Source: an uncultured Candidatus Saccharibacteria bacterium (GTDB lineage: Bacteria > Patescibacteriota > Minisyncoccia > Phycocordibacterales > UBA9973). From it: DNA of 64,000 bases. Positions within the stretch are counted from its first letter, which is position 1. The number at the start of each line of letters is the position of its first letter. The translations under genes were made by a program, and so were the position numbers. The stretch covers positions 77,887 to 141,886 of the forward strand of contig CAZYIA010000004.1 in the NCBI GenBank assembly GCA_964646765.1, in the 5' to 3' direction. The notes beneath the pieces were generated by a model that was not told the DNA's origin, ran no database searches, and was given only the letters and a program-made list of their open reading frames with translations. Positions 15,997 through 25,859 of this stretch are shown here, piece after piece.

Positions 15997-16548
15997 CTAC
16001 GGTTTCTTGCCTGCCCACCAGTCCGCGCCCGGCGGGTGGTCGGCTTCGTGGCCCGCGTCGATGGCCCGCTTGATGGCCTTGCCAAGCCCCTTGCTGCCGG
16101 CGCCGCCGAGGGCATCGCGCAGTGCATAGAAGGCGGCTCGCACCTTCTCGCGCCGGTCCTCAACCGCTCGAACAGCATCAAGGCGTACGAACTTGTCCCC
16201 GTCGTGACCCCAAAGCTCTCCGGTCTCCAGATCGATCATCACCCACTTGCCCGGACACCGGGTCTTGATGTTGATGTCAGTAAGATCAGGACGGCACTGC
16301 ACTTCCTTGCCGTGCGGCTTGAGCTTTCGCGTCTCACCGGCGATGTTTGGCGCGGGAAGCTCCTCAATGGCCTCTTTCCGGAAGTACGGCAACCACATCT
16401 TTCCAGACAGCCTGCCAACGCGCATCTTGCCGTCGGCGTACTCCCAGTTGACGTGGCTGTTGGCGACGGTGGTGACGCGTCGCACGCCGTGTTTGAAGCG
16501 GAACACGGCGCCAGGCTTTACCTGATTGGTCGAAACTGTCATTGCCAC
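15997..16548 (-). CDS. Hypothetical protein
   Basis: Co-directional with the operon; IKTRCPGKWVMIDLETGELW motif. Confidence 0.65.
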   Translation of the reverse strand: MAMTVSTNQVKPGAVFRFKHGVRRVTTVANSHVNWEYADGKMRVGRLSGKMWLPYFRKEAIEELPAPNIAGETRKLKPHGKEVQCRPDLTDINIKTRCPGKWVMIDLETGELWGHDGDKFVRLDAVRAVEDRREKVRAAFYALRDALGGAGSKGLGKAIKRAIDAGHEADHPPGADWWAGKKP

Positions 16549-16581
16549 CCCCTGTGCATCCGTCGATTGACATGACCGATG

Positions 16582-16863
16582 TCACACCTCCAGCCCGTGA
16601 TTCTTGGCGCTGCCTTCGTCGTCTTCTTCACGTTGCTGCCGAATGCTTCGGTATGCTGGCAGCAAATATACGGCGTCCGGGTTATGCATGATCCAGACGA
16701 TCATCTGATTGAGTTCCAATGGCAGATCCGATCTGGTCATGTCGATTTTGCCGCCACGAACACGCGCGATGTAGCGGGCATCTGCTGTCGGCAGTTCTCG
16801 CGGATCGAGTTCGTTTTCGGTGGCGTTCTGATGGGCCAGTGTGTGCATCGTGTTTTTCTCCAT
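16582..16863 (-). CDS. Hypothetical protein
   Basis: Co-directional small ORF. Confidence 0.55.
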   Translation of the reverse strand: MEKNTMHTLAHQNATENELDPRELPTADARYIARVRGGKIDMTRSDLPLELNQMIVWIMHNPDAVYLLPAYRSIRQQREEDDEGSAKNHGLEV

Positions 16864-16925
16864 GTTGAGTGGATCTGCATTCCGCGAGACCCCAAACTTT
16901 AGGGGCGGGCCGGTTCGGCGTCCGG

Positions 16926-17336
16926 TTAAGACCGAGGCGAAAGAGCGCCGCCATCGTCATCCCGCGAATTCGATGTCTTAATTATTCTCCATTTTCGGAG
17001 AAAAAGCAAGCCCGGAAACGTGTCAAGGCGCTGGTGCTTCCGGTAGAATCGCCGTGCAAGGTACACGAGCTGATACCAGCATACGGCGACAGCCAGCAGG
17101 CCCGCGCCACTTTGCCATGACACGCCGGGAAAATCCGGCAGCAGGATCGCGGCGATACCGCCTGCCGTGTAAGCCCACCCGGCCAGCATGAAAACGCCGA
17201 CACCCGCCACCAGTGCGCCCGGCAAGGCAGCCCACCACGGCATCGGGAGCCAGTACCGTATGCCAACAAAGAGCAGTACGCTGCAAAGCATGCCGAGTAC
17301 CACGGCCATCCAGCCCAGCACGTCAAACGGATGCAT
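16926..17336 (-). CDS. Membrane protein
   Basis: Several hydrophobic helices; overlaps the HD gene stop. Confidence 0.6.
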   Translation of the reverse strand: MHPFDVLGWMAVVLGMLCSVLLFVGIRYWLPMPWWAALPGALVAGVGVFMLAGWAYTAGGIAAILLPDFPGVSWQSGAGLLAVAVCWYQLVYLARRFYRKHQRLDTFPGLLFLRKWRIIKTSNSRDDDGGALSPRS

Positions 17337-17922
17337 CAACGCACCCCTCGGTCAGCGCTGCGAACCGTTCCAGAAACATTCGTCTCGCCCGTTCCGGCTC
17401 AACGGGAACGATTGTTTCCCTCAGCGGCTCGATCCCGTCCAGCAGCGACCACGGGACAGGATCGAAGGGCAGGAGGTCGCGGCGCTCGGTGGCGAGAAGC
17501 ACCAGGTCAGCGCGCTTGACCTCGGGCGGCAGCGGCATCGTGAGGCCGAAGCGCGCGAGGACGGCGCGCTCGACGCCTTCTTCAATCGCACGATAACCCG
17601 GCAGAATGTTCTTCAGTGGGGTCACCATGTCGCCGATGAACGCTTCGGGAGCATCGTGAAGCAGACCCGCGAGCGCCAGATGCGCGGGAAGAACGAGCGA
17701 AACCAGGACAGAGTGCTGCGCGACCGAATAGAAGCTACGCGTATGACCCGAAAAGCGGCACAGGTGCGACAACCCGTGCGCCACCTCCTCGATGCCGAAC
17801 ACGCTCTCCGACGGGTTGAGAAAGTCGAAATAATGGCCCCCTGCGGTCAGGATCGCGGGATGCACCCGTGCATCCTTCACGGCCGGATGGTGTGGGTGGT
17901 AGTCGAGAACGGCAGCATCCAT
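17323..17922 (-). CDS. HD-domain phosphohydrolase, YfdR/YfbR-like (5'-deoxynucleotidase family)
   Basis: [13 protein letters not shown]...YSVAQHSV...[12 protein letters not shown]...KRADL. Confidence 0.85.
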   Translation of the reverse strand: MDAAVLDYHPHHPAVKDARVHPAILTAGGHYFDFLNPSESVFGIEEVAHGLSHLCRFSGHTRSFYSVAQHSVLVSLVLPAHLALAGLLHDAPEAFIGDMVTPLKNILPGYRAIEEGVERAVLARFGLTMPLPPEVKRADLVLLATERRDLLPFDPVPWSLLDGIEPLRETIVPVEPERARRMFLERFAALTEGCVDASV

Positions 17923-17933
17923 GTTCGTTTCCC

Positions 17934-18185
17934 CTAGATCACGCTCTTCGGCAACATCGCCACATACTGCCCTTCCAGCTCCGGTTTGTAGAATCCCTGG
18001 CCGCTGACCTCCTCGTAGAGCTGCCGCATCGTGCGAAGCGTCGATTCGAGGCGCTTCTGATGACCGTCGCCCTCGAAGCGCGGGAAGCTGTCGTAGTAAC
18101 CTGGGCAGCCCAGGCCGTGGTCATAGCGGATCGCCATGCTCATCAGGAGCCCTGGCGGCGGTTCCTTCGGCAGCTCGTTTTTCAT
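17934..18185 (-). CDS. Conserved phage/plasmid hypothetical protein
   Basis: [18 protein letters not shown]...[14 protein letters not shown]. Confidence 0.65.
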   Translation of the reverse strand: MKNELPKEPPPGLLMSMAIRYDHGLGCPGYYDSFPRFEGDGHQKRLESTLRTMRQLYEEVSGQGFYKPELEGQYVAMLPKSVI

Positions 18186-18349
18186 GCCGTCCCCTTCAAT
18201 CCACCATCACGTTCTTTGAGCGAGCGGTGCAGGCACTTCTTCCCGGTGGCGAACCACTCCACCGTAAAGAGGGCACGCGCCATCTGTTCGCTCAAAGGCC
18301 AGAAGACATCAGGCACCAGCAGCATTCCGTTCTTGCAGGTCAGTTTCAT
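18182..18349 (-). CDS. 55-aa hypothetical protein (not in ORF track)
   Basis: MKLTCKNG...; ATGA overlaps at both ends. Confidence 0.5.
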   Translation of the reverse strand: MKLTCKNGMLLVPDVFWPLSEQMARALFTVEWFATGKKCLHRSLKERDGGLKGTA

Positions 18350-18867
18350 GCGCCCTCGGGGATCTTGTTCGCCAGCATCAACGCCGCCGCGTGAAGCCGA
18401 GGATCAGCCCGAGTCAGGACTTCCAGAAGCCGGCGTTTTTCATCGAGGTACGTGATTGCGAAGGCGGGATCGTGTTGAACGATGCTCCCCGTGTTGCTGA
18501 TGAGGTCCGCGCACTTGATTGTCTGGACCCATCCCGGAGCCCGCGCGAGGCGATCACGCGAAGCGGCCATGCGCTGGGCACGGTTTCCGGTTTCGAGATC
18601 GGACAGCATCGCCACGCCGTACGCGACATCGGCACCGAAACGGTTCACCAGCTCCTCGTGGCTAACGCCCTGATCCTCCATGCAGTCGTGCAGCCAGCAC
18701 GCCGACATGAACTTGTCGGGGTGGATTTCGGGGCACCTCCAGCCTACAGACATGGCGATCCCCGCCACCTCTGCCAGGTGATCGGCATACGGGTTGCCGG
18801 TGTACTTGCGCCGCTGGTCCCGATGCGCTTCTCGGGCAAACATCATGGCGTCGTATGCGAGCGTCAT
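18346..18867 (-). CDS. HD-domain small alarmone hydrolase-like (Mesh1/SpoT-HD) protein
   Basis: FAREAHRDQRRKYTGNPYADH...WLHDCMED...IKCADLISN. Confidence 0.8.
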   Translation of the reverse strand: MTLAYDAMMFAREAHRDQRRKYTGNPYADHLAEVAGIAMSVGWRCPEIHPDKFMSACWLHDCMEDQGVSHEELVNRFGADVAYGVAMLSDLETGNRAQRMAASRDRLARAPGWVQTIKCADLISNTGSIVQHDPAFAITYLDEKRRLLEVLTRADPRLHAAALMLANKIPEGA

Positions 18868-18877
18868 CTCCCCCCCC

Positions 18878-19684
18878 TCACACAAGCGCGTAAGCGCCAA
18901 ACGGACGATCTTCAGGCGCGTCGGCAACCCGCAGGTCGACCAGGCCGATGGACCGCTTGGGAGCAGCGATCACCCCGGTTTTTGCCATCGTCTCGACCAT
19001 GGTGAGGCAGCCTTCTTTCTTCAGGCCGCACTGCCCGAATACCGCGCCCGAATCGATGGCATAGACATTTGCCAGCCGGGTCGCGCCCGTCCATTGCGGC
19101 GTGTGACCGACAAACAAGCGTCCGACACCCCCCACTCCGCTCGTGTCCTGCCTGCGAATCCGATCCCGGCCCCACAAGCAGGTGTGGATGGTTTCTGTGT
19201 CGCCCGCCTCAAGGCGAAGAAGAAACTCGCCCCATCGCATGCCGGTCGGCACGTCCGCGTGAATCAGGCCGACTGAGCCGCGTGCGGTGTCCACCTCGAT
19301 GGCAAGGGGTAGTTTGCGGATTGCGTCGAGGATCTCCATGCGGCGATTCTCCGGCACGTCCAGCCACCACTCCAAGCCGTTATAGCGGCTGGCCACATCC
19401 AGGACTGCTGGATCGGGCACGCCGGCGCTGTAGAGTTCAAGCAGCATGTCCTCGTGATTCCCGCGCACCGCATGCACAAACGACTGGGCAAGAAATGCCG
19501 CGCAGCGATGCGAGCCTGGACCGCGGTCGATGAGGTCGCCGACACTGAAGAGGCGGTCGATCTGCGGGTCGAACCCGGCCTCTTTCATCGCGTCGAGCAC
19601 CAGGTCGAACGCGCCGTGGATGTCGCCGACGACGAAATCGCGACCCACGGTGTTCCGGGAGAATCGCTGGACCGTTTGCATCAT
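18878..19684 (-). CDS. Ser/Thr protein phosphatase-like metallophosphoesterase (lambda NinI/PphA type)
   Basis: VGDIHG, SVGDLIDRGP, VRGNHE, HA, VGHTP, IDSG. Confidence 0.88.
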   Translation of the reverse strand: MMQTVQRFSRNTVGRDFVVGDIHGAFDLVLDAMKEAGFDPQIDRLFSVGDLIDRGPGSHRCAAFLAQSFVHAVRGNHEDMLLELYSAGVPDPAVLDVASRYNGLEWWLDVPENRRMEILDAIRKLPLAIEVDTARGSVGLIHADVPTGMRWGEFLLRLEAGDTETIHTCLWGRDRIRRQDTSGVGGVGRLFVGHTPQWTGATRLANVYAIDSGAVFGQCGLKKEGCLTMVETMAKTGVIAAPKRSIGLVDLRVADAPEDRPFGAYALV

Positions 19685-20484
19685 GCCACCTTCCTTTGCG
19701 GACGCGCCTGTTTCACGGGTATCTGGTAGCCGAACCGCGCCCAGGCCTCCGGATCCACCGGCAATGGCGTCGCACGCCCCGTCGCGAGGTTGACGAAGAT
19801 GCCGTGGTGGTCGATTTTGCCGTGACGGAACAGCCTCCAGAGGAGATTCAGCCCCCAATCCGACACAGCCCTGTTGATAAAAAGATCCTGGCGCCCCAGA
19901 GCCTCTACCATTGAGCAGCTCGGCGTGTTGTCCTCCGGGATCGTGGGATCGAGGATGTCGGGGAACAGGTCGACAACAGTGGGCAGGCGGTCCGGACTGT
20001 CTTCCGGTCGCGTCCAGGTAGGCAAGGTTTGTCCAAGAATCGCCTGTCCCGAAGTTTCCTGGTTGCCAAGGTCGAGCCATAGCGCGTCGCAACTTTGCAG
20101 CGCCGCATGGATGTCGCGTCGTGCGGCCCGGTTGTCCACCGCCCCGATGACGAGGTCGGCGGAAACCCGCGTGTCTGCCGACAGGCGCTTGAACTCGGCA
20201 GTCCAGTCCAGCCCGTATGCCACGTTGATCCGATGCGTCAGCACGATAGCCTTGCTCGACCCCACGTCGGCCGGGTAGAAGGCCTGCCTTCCGACGTTCG
20301 AGTCGGACACAAGGTCGAAATCCATGGTGGTGACATCGAGGCCGCCTGGATGCCCCAACGCACGCATGGCGCGGTCGAGTTCGGCAAGCCCCGTCAGCAT
20401 CCGGGAACCGTTGCCACCGGCCCCGACCAACAGCACCTTTACGCTGCGTGAAAGCAGGTGACGCGGAATCGCAAATTCAGTCAT
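19681..20484 (-). CDS. PRTRC system ThiF family protein (E1-like)
   Basis: LVGAGGNGS, DFDLVSDSNVGRQ, GAVDN, WLDLGN, PSCSMVEALGRQDLFIN. Confidence 0.9.
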   Translation of the reverse strand: MTEFAIPRHLLSRSVKVLLVGAGGNGSRMLTGLAELDRAMRALGHPGGLDVTTMDFDLVSDSNVGRQAFYPADVGSSKAIVLTHRINVAYGLDWTAEFKRLSADTRVSADLVIGAVDNRAARRDIHAALQSCDALWLDLGNQETSGQAILGQTLPTWTRPEDSPDRLPTVVDLFPDILDPTIPEDNTPSCSMVEALGRQDLFINRAVSDWGLNLLWRLFRHGKIDHHGIFVNLATGRATPLPVDPEAWARFGYQIPVKQARPQRKVA

Positions 20485-21113
20485 GCCTCCTCCATCAAGC
20501 CGCCGAGATCGACCGGCAGGTAGATGCCGAGTGCACACAATCGCGTCGCCAGTGCGGGGTTCTCGCCTTGCTCGTCGATCTTGCCCACGACAAGTGCGAT
20601 CTTCACCTCGCCACGATCATCCTGGTCATCCGTGCCGGAGAAGCCCGCCGCGTGCTGGCCATGCGAATGCATGTCCACCACCAGATGCTCCTGTTCGCCC
20701 AGACGCGGACGTTCGTAGTTGATATGGCTGCCGGAGGCGCTGATCTCGACGAAGCGCTCGTACCGCCAGGCATTCGTCGCCGCATTCCAGATGATGCCGC
20801 CGGCGATCTCCGTGTGGGGTGTTGCTGCCGCGTCGCGCAAGAAGTCGATCAGCGGCTGCCATTTGATCTTGCCGCAGCCGAGTTCGACGTGATGCCCGAG
20901 CTTGCCGTAGGGCATTGCCACACGGTCCTGTGTGGCCAGCGGAACCCGGACATACAGCCAGGGCCGATGGATCTCGATCCAGAGGCCGTCCTCGGCGGCG
21001 AGGAAGCGATGCCCCGGCGTGGTCAGCGGGACGAACGCCTCGTGGCGCGGCACCATGACGGTCGGCGTCACCGTTTGCAGCGTACGGTCGATCGGATTCA
21101 AGCTGCCGTCCAT
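20481..21113 (-). CDS. PRTRC system protein A (JAB/MPN peptidase)
   Basis: PHTEIAG...VVDMHSHGQHAAGFSGTDDQDD. Confidence 0.88.
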   Translation of the reverse strand: MDGSLNPIDRTLQTVTPTVMVPRHEAFVPLTTPGHRFLAAEDGLWIEIHRPWLYVRVPLATQDRVAMPYGKLGHHVELGCGKIKWQPLIDFLRDAAATPHTEIAGGIIWNAATNAWRYERFVEISASGSHINYERPRLGEQEHLVVDMHSHGQHAAGFSGTDDQDDRGEVKIALVVGKIDEQGENPALATRLCALGIYLPVDLGGLMEEA

Positions 21114-21114
21114 T

Positions 21115-21858
21115 TCAGCCCCTCCCCTGCTTCTTGAGAGCGAGCACCAGATCGCCCAGGGTGAGATCGGCGGGCGCAAGATGCTTCGTTGGAAAGGTCT
21201 TGAACTTGCCGTCCGCGATCTCCTTCCACAGCCCGCCGACGCCTTTCCGGTGCCGCGTAAGCCGTTTGCCATGGTCGTTCGGATGGGTGAAGGCCGAGTC
21301 GAAGAACAGCGATTCCCATTGCGGGATCGCCTGCAGGCCCGTGCGATCCGGCCGCTGCGCGCTCCCCTGACATAGACGACAGTCCGACCAGGTGTTGTAG
21401 AACGGCGCCATCGAAAGCGGGGTGCCGGGTTCCGGGCGCTCCGATTTGGTGAGCGCGAACACGTAGAGATCGCCCCCCTTCACGGCGAACACCAGTGCCG
21501 GCAGGTGTGTGCTGATTGCCCGCTTGCCGATGGGGTCCGCCCTGTCGGTGTCGAAGAACAGGGTGCGCGCCCCCGCTTCTCGCCACCACACCATCCAGCC
21601 CGCGCCTACCGCAAGCGCATGGGAAGGAAGGTAGTCGATAGCCGAGTCGGGAACGAGTTTCTCGTTGAGCGCGATCAGGGCTTCCCGCGTCACCGGCGTA
21701 CCCGCGAGCAGAAATGGCGCACCGGCGTCGTCCGTGCCAACGCTATGGACGGTCGCAAACGGCTTGCCCATGCCGTTGGCCGGCTCGTAAACGAGCAGTC
21801 CGGTGGCAAGCCGCAGCGGGCTTTCCGTGAAACCGGAAGATACATCAATTCGATTCAT
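21115..21858 (-). CDS. PRTRC system protein B (prokaryotic E2 family D)
   Basis: APFYNTWSDCRLCQGSA...WESLFFDSAFTHPN. Confidence 0.88.
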   Translation of the reverse strand: MNRIDVSSGFTESPLRLATGLLVYEPANGMGKPFATVHSVGTDDAGAPFLLAGTPVTREALIALNEKLVPDSAIDYLPSHALAVGAGWMVWWREAGARTLFFDTDRADPIGKRAISTHLPALVFAVKGGDLYVFALTKSERPEPGTPLSMAPFYNTWSDCRLCQGSAQRPDRTGLQAIPQWESLFFDSAFTHPNDHGKRLTRHRKGVGGLWKEIADGKFKTFPTKHLAPADLTLGDLVLALKKQGRG

Positions 21859-22939
21859 GTCCGACCTCCTCGCCGATCAGGCCCACGAGCGTGTCGAGCT
21901 TGTGCGCCAGGGCGAACCATTGTTTCTTGTGTGCGAGCCAACCCTTGAAACCATCGGGGCTGGCTTCGAAAATCTCGATGCCGAAGGAGTCCGAATACGC
22001 CTCGCCTCCCTGCATGACGTTCTGCTCGTAATCGTCAAGGATGCGCACCATCGGGTCATGATCCGAGGTGTCCCACCAGAGCAGCGCACCATGGCCAATG
22101 AAGTCGAGATCGTTCAGTCCTTCGTAGGCACCGAACGCCCGGAACTTCCGTCCAGCGCGTCGTAGCGCGAGGCAAGTGGCTGCGACCTGGCGGGCGCATC
22201 CGGATAAGCCCGTGTTCCGGGTGATGGCCTGTAGAGCACGCACAGACAGTGCCTTGCGGGGTATCCATGCCCACTCGGGTGCATAGTCGTCGAATTGCGA
22301 GCGCCTTACGATGTAGTCACCCGCTTCCTCCTCGCCGCCGATCTCCTCGATGACCTCCGTCTCATCGGGCTCACCGTACCAATAGAACATGGACGCAAGG
22401 TAGAAGGCGCGCGCCGGATCCATCACGTCAACCGTGCGGATCGCCGCTTCGCGGAGATCGTGAAGCGCGGTCCTGCCAAGGCCGGGACATTCGCATTCCA
22501 GCGCGTTCAGCACACGGCCAACAGTAAAGCTGCGCGAGGACGCCCCCCACGTCGTCACCGCGAGATGCGGGCGATCCGGATCCAGGCCGCGGGCTTCCAA
22601 AAGAGCGGCCCAGTCCCACGCGAAGTCCTGCTCCCCTTCGGCAAGCTGGATCGACAGAGAACAGGCGAGACGGTCGAACCGCCCGTTTCGGGTAGCCCAG
22701 TCCGACAGCGCGGCAAGGACGACGGCCTCCGCGTTGTAGGCGGACTTCCAGTGATGCGGTTTCACCAGACCCGCGTCGTCGCACCATAGCGCCAGGCTGG
22801 CCCATTCCGCCCGCTCGGGACGCAGAGAGATCCTGGTCGGCACACGGTCGAGTTTCGGCAAACCGGCATACACCGACGCGACCTGTCTGCGAGCCGGCCG
22901 CAGGGTTGCCCGTTGAGTGGTTTCGAGCCGGGCGTTCAT
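21845..22939 (-). CDS. PRTRC system protein F
   Basis: Position in the PRTRC operon; LECECPGLG, FYWYGEPDE motifs. Confidence 0.8.
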   Translation of the reverse strand: MNARLETTQRATLRPARRQVASVYAGLPKLDRVPTRISLRPERAEWASLALWCDDAGLVKPHHWKSAYNAEAVVLAALSDWATRNGRFDRLACSLSIQLAEGEQDFAWDWAALLEARGLDPDRPHLAVTTWGASSRSFTVGRVLNALECECPGLGRTALHDLREAAIRTVDVMDPARAFYLASMFYWYGEPDETEVIEEIGGEEEAGDYIVRRSQFDDYAPEWAWIPRKALSVRALQAITRNTGLSGCARQVAATCLALRRAGRKFRAFGAYEGLNDLDFIGHGALLWWDTSDHDPMVRILDDYEQNVMQGGEAYSDSFGIEIFEASPDGFKGWLAHKKQWFALAHKLDTLVGLIGEEVGHESN

Positions 22940-23145
22940 GGCAGCAGGGGTAGCGCCGTCCAGTGCGGCACGGTCGGAGTTCCGTTTCGGTGTGCCGCAA
23001 GCACATCATGGATCAGCTTGCTGGAATCCAGGTTGGCGGCGTGATTTGTCGGGCTTGCGCCGCCCATCCGCGTCGCCGCCATGCTCTCCATCGCCGCCCG
23101 CCATTGCGCTCGGTTCAACCGCATGTATGGCGTCCGGTCAAGCAT
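22936..23145 (-). CDS. Small PRTRC-associated protein
   Basis: Coupled to gene F; ends ALPLLP. Confidence 0.55.
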   Translation of the reverse strand: MLDRTPYMRLNRAQWRAAMESMAATRMGGASPTNHAANLDSSKLIHDVLAAHRNGTPTVPHWTALPLLP

Positions 23146-23617
23146 GGCAGCGCCCGGCTGCCGAGTTGCGGAGACTGTCCCGCGCCTCGATCAGCACCCG
23201 CATCGACATGGTGTCGCAGTCCCTCGCGTTGAGGCGAATGTCGATGGCTTCGAGTGCCTGGTCAAGCATCTTTTCGTTGGTCCGGCTCTCCGTCAGGAAG
23301 GCGCGCAGGCAGAGACCGCTCCTCTCGTTGCAGTCGGGGAGTAGGCAGCCAATGCAGATCCGCTCAGACAACTCGCTTGCCTGCCGGACACAGGCTTCGG
23401 TGGTCGAGATGGCCATCCCTTTCATCCCCGCGGCTCGCCGGAAGCTGTAGGTCATCTTGCCATCGCGCGCCTCGGGGCCTTCTACGGTGGCCGTCGCCAG
23501 TTCGGGATACGTGGCGCTGTACACGTCCCGCACCTGGTCGGGCGAGAGGTTGGGGTTGGGGTCGGGCAGCGTCACCCCTGCATAGGAAAAGCTGCGGACA
23601 AGTGCGGTCACTTTCAT
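23138..23617 (-). CDS. PRTRC system protein C (ubiquitin-like) fused in frame to a ~92-aa C-terminal domain
   Basis: RSFSYAGVTLPDPNPNLSPDQVRDVYSATYPELATATVEGP...FRRAAGMKG followed directly by MAISTTEAC... Confidence 0.85.
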   Translation of the reverse strand: MKVTALVRSFSYAGVTLPDPNPNLSPDQVRDVYSATYPELATATVEGPEARDGKMTYSFRRAAGMKGMAISTTEACVRQASELSERICIGCLLPDCNERSGLCLRAFLTESRTNEKMLDQALEAIDIRLNARDCDTMSMRVLIEARDSLRNSAAGRCHA

Positions 23618-23627
23618 GGCGACGGCC

Positions 23628-24068
23628 TCACTCGAACAGGTTTTCCGCCGATGCGGAGTTGGATTCGTCGGCTTCGCTGGCCGCCGTCGCTGCCGGCTCG
23701 GTGACCTTCACCGACACCGGTGTCGCAGCCGGGGTGGCGGCGGACTTGCCTGCCGCGCCCTTCACTGCTTTCGCCGCCTTGGACGTGGCGTCCTTCTTGG
23801 CCGCGTCGATCACTGCCTGGGTGTCCTTGAGGGCGTCGGCCAGCGATTTCCGGCTGACCTCGTAGCTGCCAAGGGCATCGGTGAAACCGGAGTCCAGTTC
23901 CTCCGGGGTGGCCTCGAATTGCAGTGGCTGGTGCAAGGCGGGGTTGGGGTTGTCGCCGACCGCTTTCGGCACGACGGTCACAATAAGCGTGCCCGCCTCA
24001 CGGTTGGCGCTGAAAGTCATCGCCAGGGTGGCGTCCTGCGCGATCTCGAAAATTTTCTGAAACAGCAT
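23628..24068 (-). CDS. PRTRC system protein E
   Basis: MLFQKI...LIVTVVP...ALHQPLQFEATPEELDSGF; Ala/Lys-rich tail ending NLFE. Confidence 0.85.
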   Translation of the reverse strand: MLFQKIFEIAQDATLAMTFSANREAGTLIVTVVPKAVGDNPNPALHQPLQFEATPEELDSGFTDALGSYEVSRKSLADALKDTQAVIDAAKKDATSKAAKAVKGAAGKSAATPAATPVSVKVTEPAATAASEADESNSASAENLFE

Positions 24069-24087
24069 GGGTATCTCCTTCTTGGGT

Positions 24088-25743
24088 TCAGACGCAGCAG
24101 GGTTCCTGCGTCTGTTCGCATTTCAGTTGCTTGATGGGTTTCGCCTTTTTCGCTTCGGCGTACTGCATGCACGCGGGAACCGCGCCCCGATACTCGAAGC
24201 CTTCGACTTTCAACAGGGCCGCGGCGATCTCGGCCTTCTTGCCGGTCATCGCTTTCTTGAAGCCCTCGCCGAGCGCCGCCTTGAGGCCGACTTCATTTGC
24301 CATTGCCTCGATTTCGCTCTTGGTGAGGAGATCGAGGAACGCGTCATCCATGATCCAGTGTTCGGCCAGATCGCAATCCATCGCCTGCAACAGCCGACAC
24401 ACGTCGGTTTCCGACAGGCCGTCCACGGCGGCCAGCGGGATCCGGGCGAGCATGCGGAAGATGTCCTCGTCCGAGCGGCCCTGTGTCGCGCTATACAGGT
24501 CGCCGACGGCAGCCCCCTTGATTTCGAGGTCGAGCTTGCGGCGCGCAATGTGGTGAGCATTACCGGAGAGGACAATCGCCAGCAGGGCACGACCGGCAAC
24601 CTCGACGCTCTTCCTCATTTCAGCCTGGAGCGCGCGTTTCCAGACGGAGAGCCGGTAATCCTTCAATCGCTGCGGTGCGGCAGCCTGGTTGACCTGCGCC
24701 GGCGGTTTCGCCTTTGCCTTGCCGTCCGTCTCCTTGCTGGCGGTCTGCTCGGGGGCAAGCGCTCTCACCTGCATCGACACTTTCTCGAGGTGGCAGGCGA
24801 CGTTAAAACAGAGGTCCGTCTCGATCTTGCCCTCGGAACCCGGCAATGCACTGACGGTGCAGCCGTAATCACCGCAGCCTTTGCAGGACTCGGCCTGCTC
24901 GGTACCGACGCCGACCCGGCCTTCAGCCACGACCGGGATCGTTTCGAGCACCGCGCCGGGGCGGACGAGCTCCACGCGCGGAAAGGCCTCCTGTTGCTCG
25001 ACGACGATCTCGGCCAGCCTGGTGTCGGTTTTCTTCGCATAGCAGACCGGGTTGGTGCAACTGCCCGCCGCGATGGATTGGGTGAACAGCTCCACCTGCA
25101 CGCTGGAGTTGTGCGGGCAGCCGCCACATTCGGATTTGTCGAAGATCGCGGCGCTCAGGTCATGGCTGATGGCAGCCAGTTGCTCACGCAGGGCGGCTAC
25201 CGGGATCGCCCCGGCGATCACCTTCTCCAGAACCTTGTCCTGCTTGTCCTTGGGGGCCGCGGCCAGCAATTCGGCATGCCCCAGGCTGATCTTGCGTGTA
25301 TTGAGCGCCTCGCGCACCGCCGGTGTCGCTTCCATCAACGCGAGACGACGGTGCAGCTTGGACATGGGCCAGCCGAGTTGCGCCGCGGCCTCCGCTCTGT
25401 CGCCCTTGAACTTCAGCACCAGCGCGTGGGCAGCAGCGGATTCTTCCGTGACCGCCATGTCGGCGCGAAGCGTGTTTTCCACGAGAGCCGCGATGTCGGC
25501 TTCGTCATCGGTCATTTCCCGGATGTTTGCCGGAATCGTGCCCGTCTCACCATACACGGCTTTCGCCGCGCGCCAACGGCGCTCACCCGCCACGATTTCG
25601 TACTGTTCGCCCTTTGGGCGGACCAGAATGGGCTGAAGAACGCCGCTGGCCCTGATGCTGTTTTCGAGATCCGTCATTTCTGCCGGATCGAAATACTGAC
25701 GGGGATTGCGCCCCGGAATGATGTTGTAAATGTTCAGTTCCAT
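24088..25743 (-). CDS. PRTRC system ParB family protein
   Basis: NPRQYFD...GVLQPILVRP...IVAGERRWRAA...ENTLR; CGGCPHNS...CTNPVCY. Confidence 0.9.
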   Translation of the reverse strand: MELNIYNIIPGRNPRQYFDPAEMTDLENSIRASGVLQPILVRPKGEQYEIVAGERRWRAAKAVYGETGTIPANIREMTDDEADIAALVENTLRADMAVTEESAAAHALVLKFKGDRAEAAAQLGWPMSKLHRRLALMEATPAVREALNTRKISLGHAELLAAAPKDKQDKVLEKVIAGAIPVAALREQLAAISHDLSAAIFDKSECGGCPHNSSVQVELFTQSIAAGSCTNPVCYAKKTDTRLAEIVVEQQEAFPRVELVRPGAVLETIPVVAEGRVGVGTEQAESCKGCGDYGCTVSALPGSEGKIETDLCFNVACHLEKVSMQVRALAPEQTASKETDGKAKAKPPAQVNQAAAPQRLKDYRLSVWKRALQAEMRKSVEVAGRALLAIVLSGNAHHIARRKLDLEIKGAAVGDLYSATQGRSDEDIFRMLARIPLAAVDGLSETDVCRLLQAMDCDLAEHWIMDDAFLDLLTKSEIEAMANEVGLKAALGEGFKKAMTGKKAEIAAALLKVEGFEYRGAVPACMQYAEAKKAKPIKQLKCEQTQEPCCV

Positions 25744-25819
25744 GGTCCCTCCTCTTGTACCGCGCTTACGGTGCGCGGCAAACCACACCAAGAACATTAT
25801 AACACGCCTGTTGCGCGGA

Positions 25820-25859
25820 TATAGTGGGCGTATAGTGTTTTTATAGTGCCGCTATTGTG
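25820..25859 (+). repeat. Four TATAGTG-like heptamers at exact 11-bp period upstream of the PRTRC operon
   Basis: TATAGTG at 25820, 25831, 25842; TATTGTG at 25853. Confidence 0.75.
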
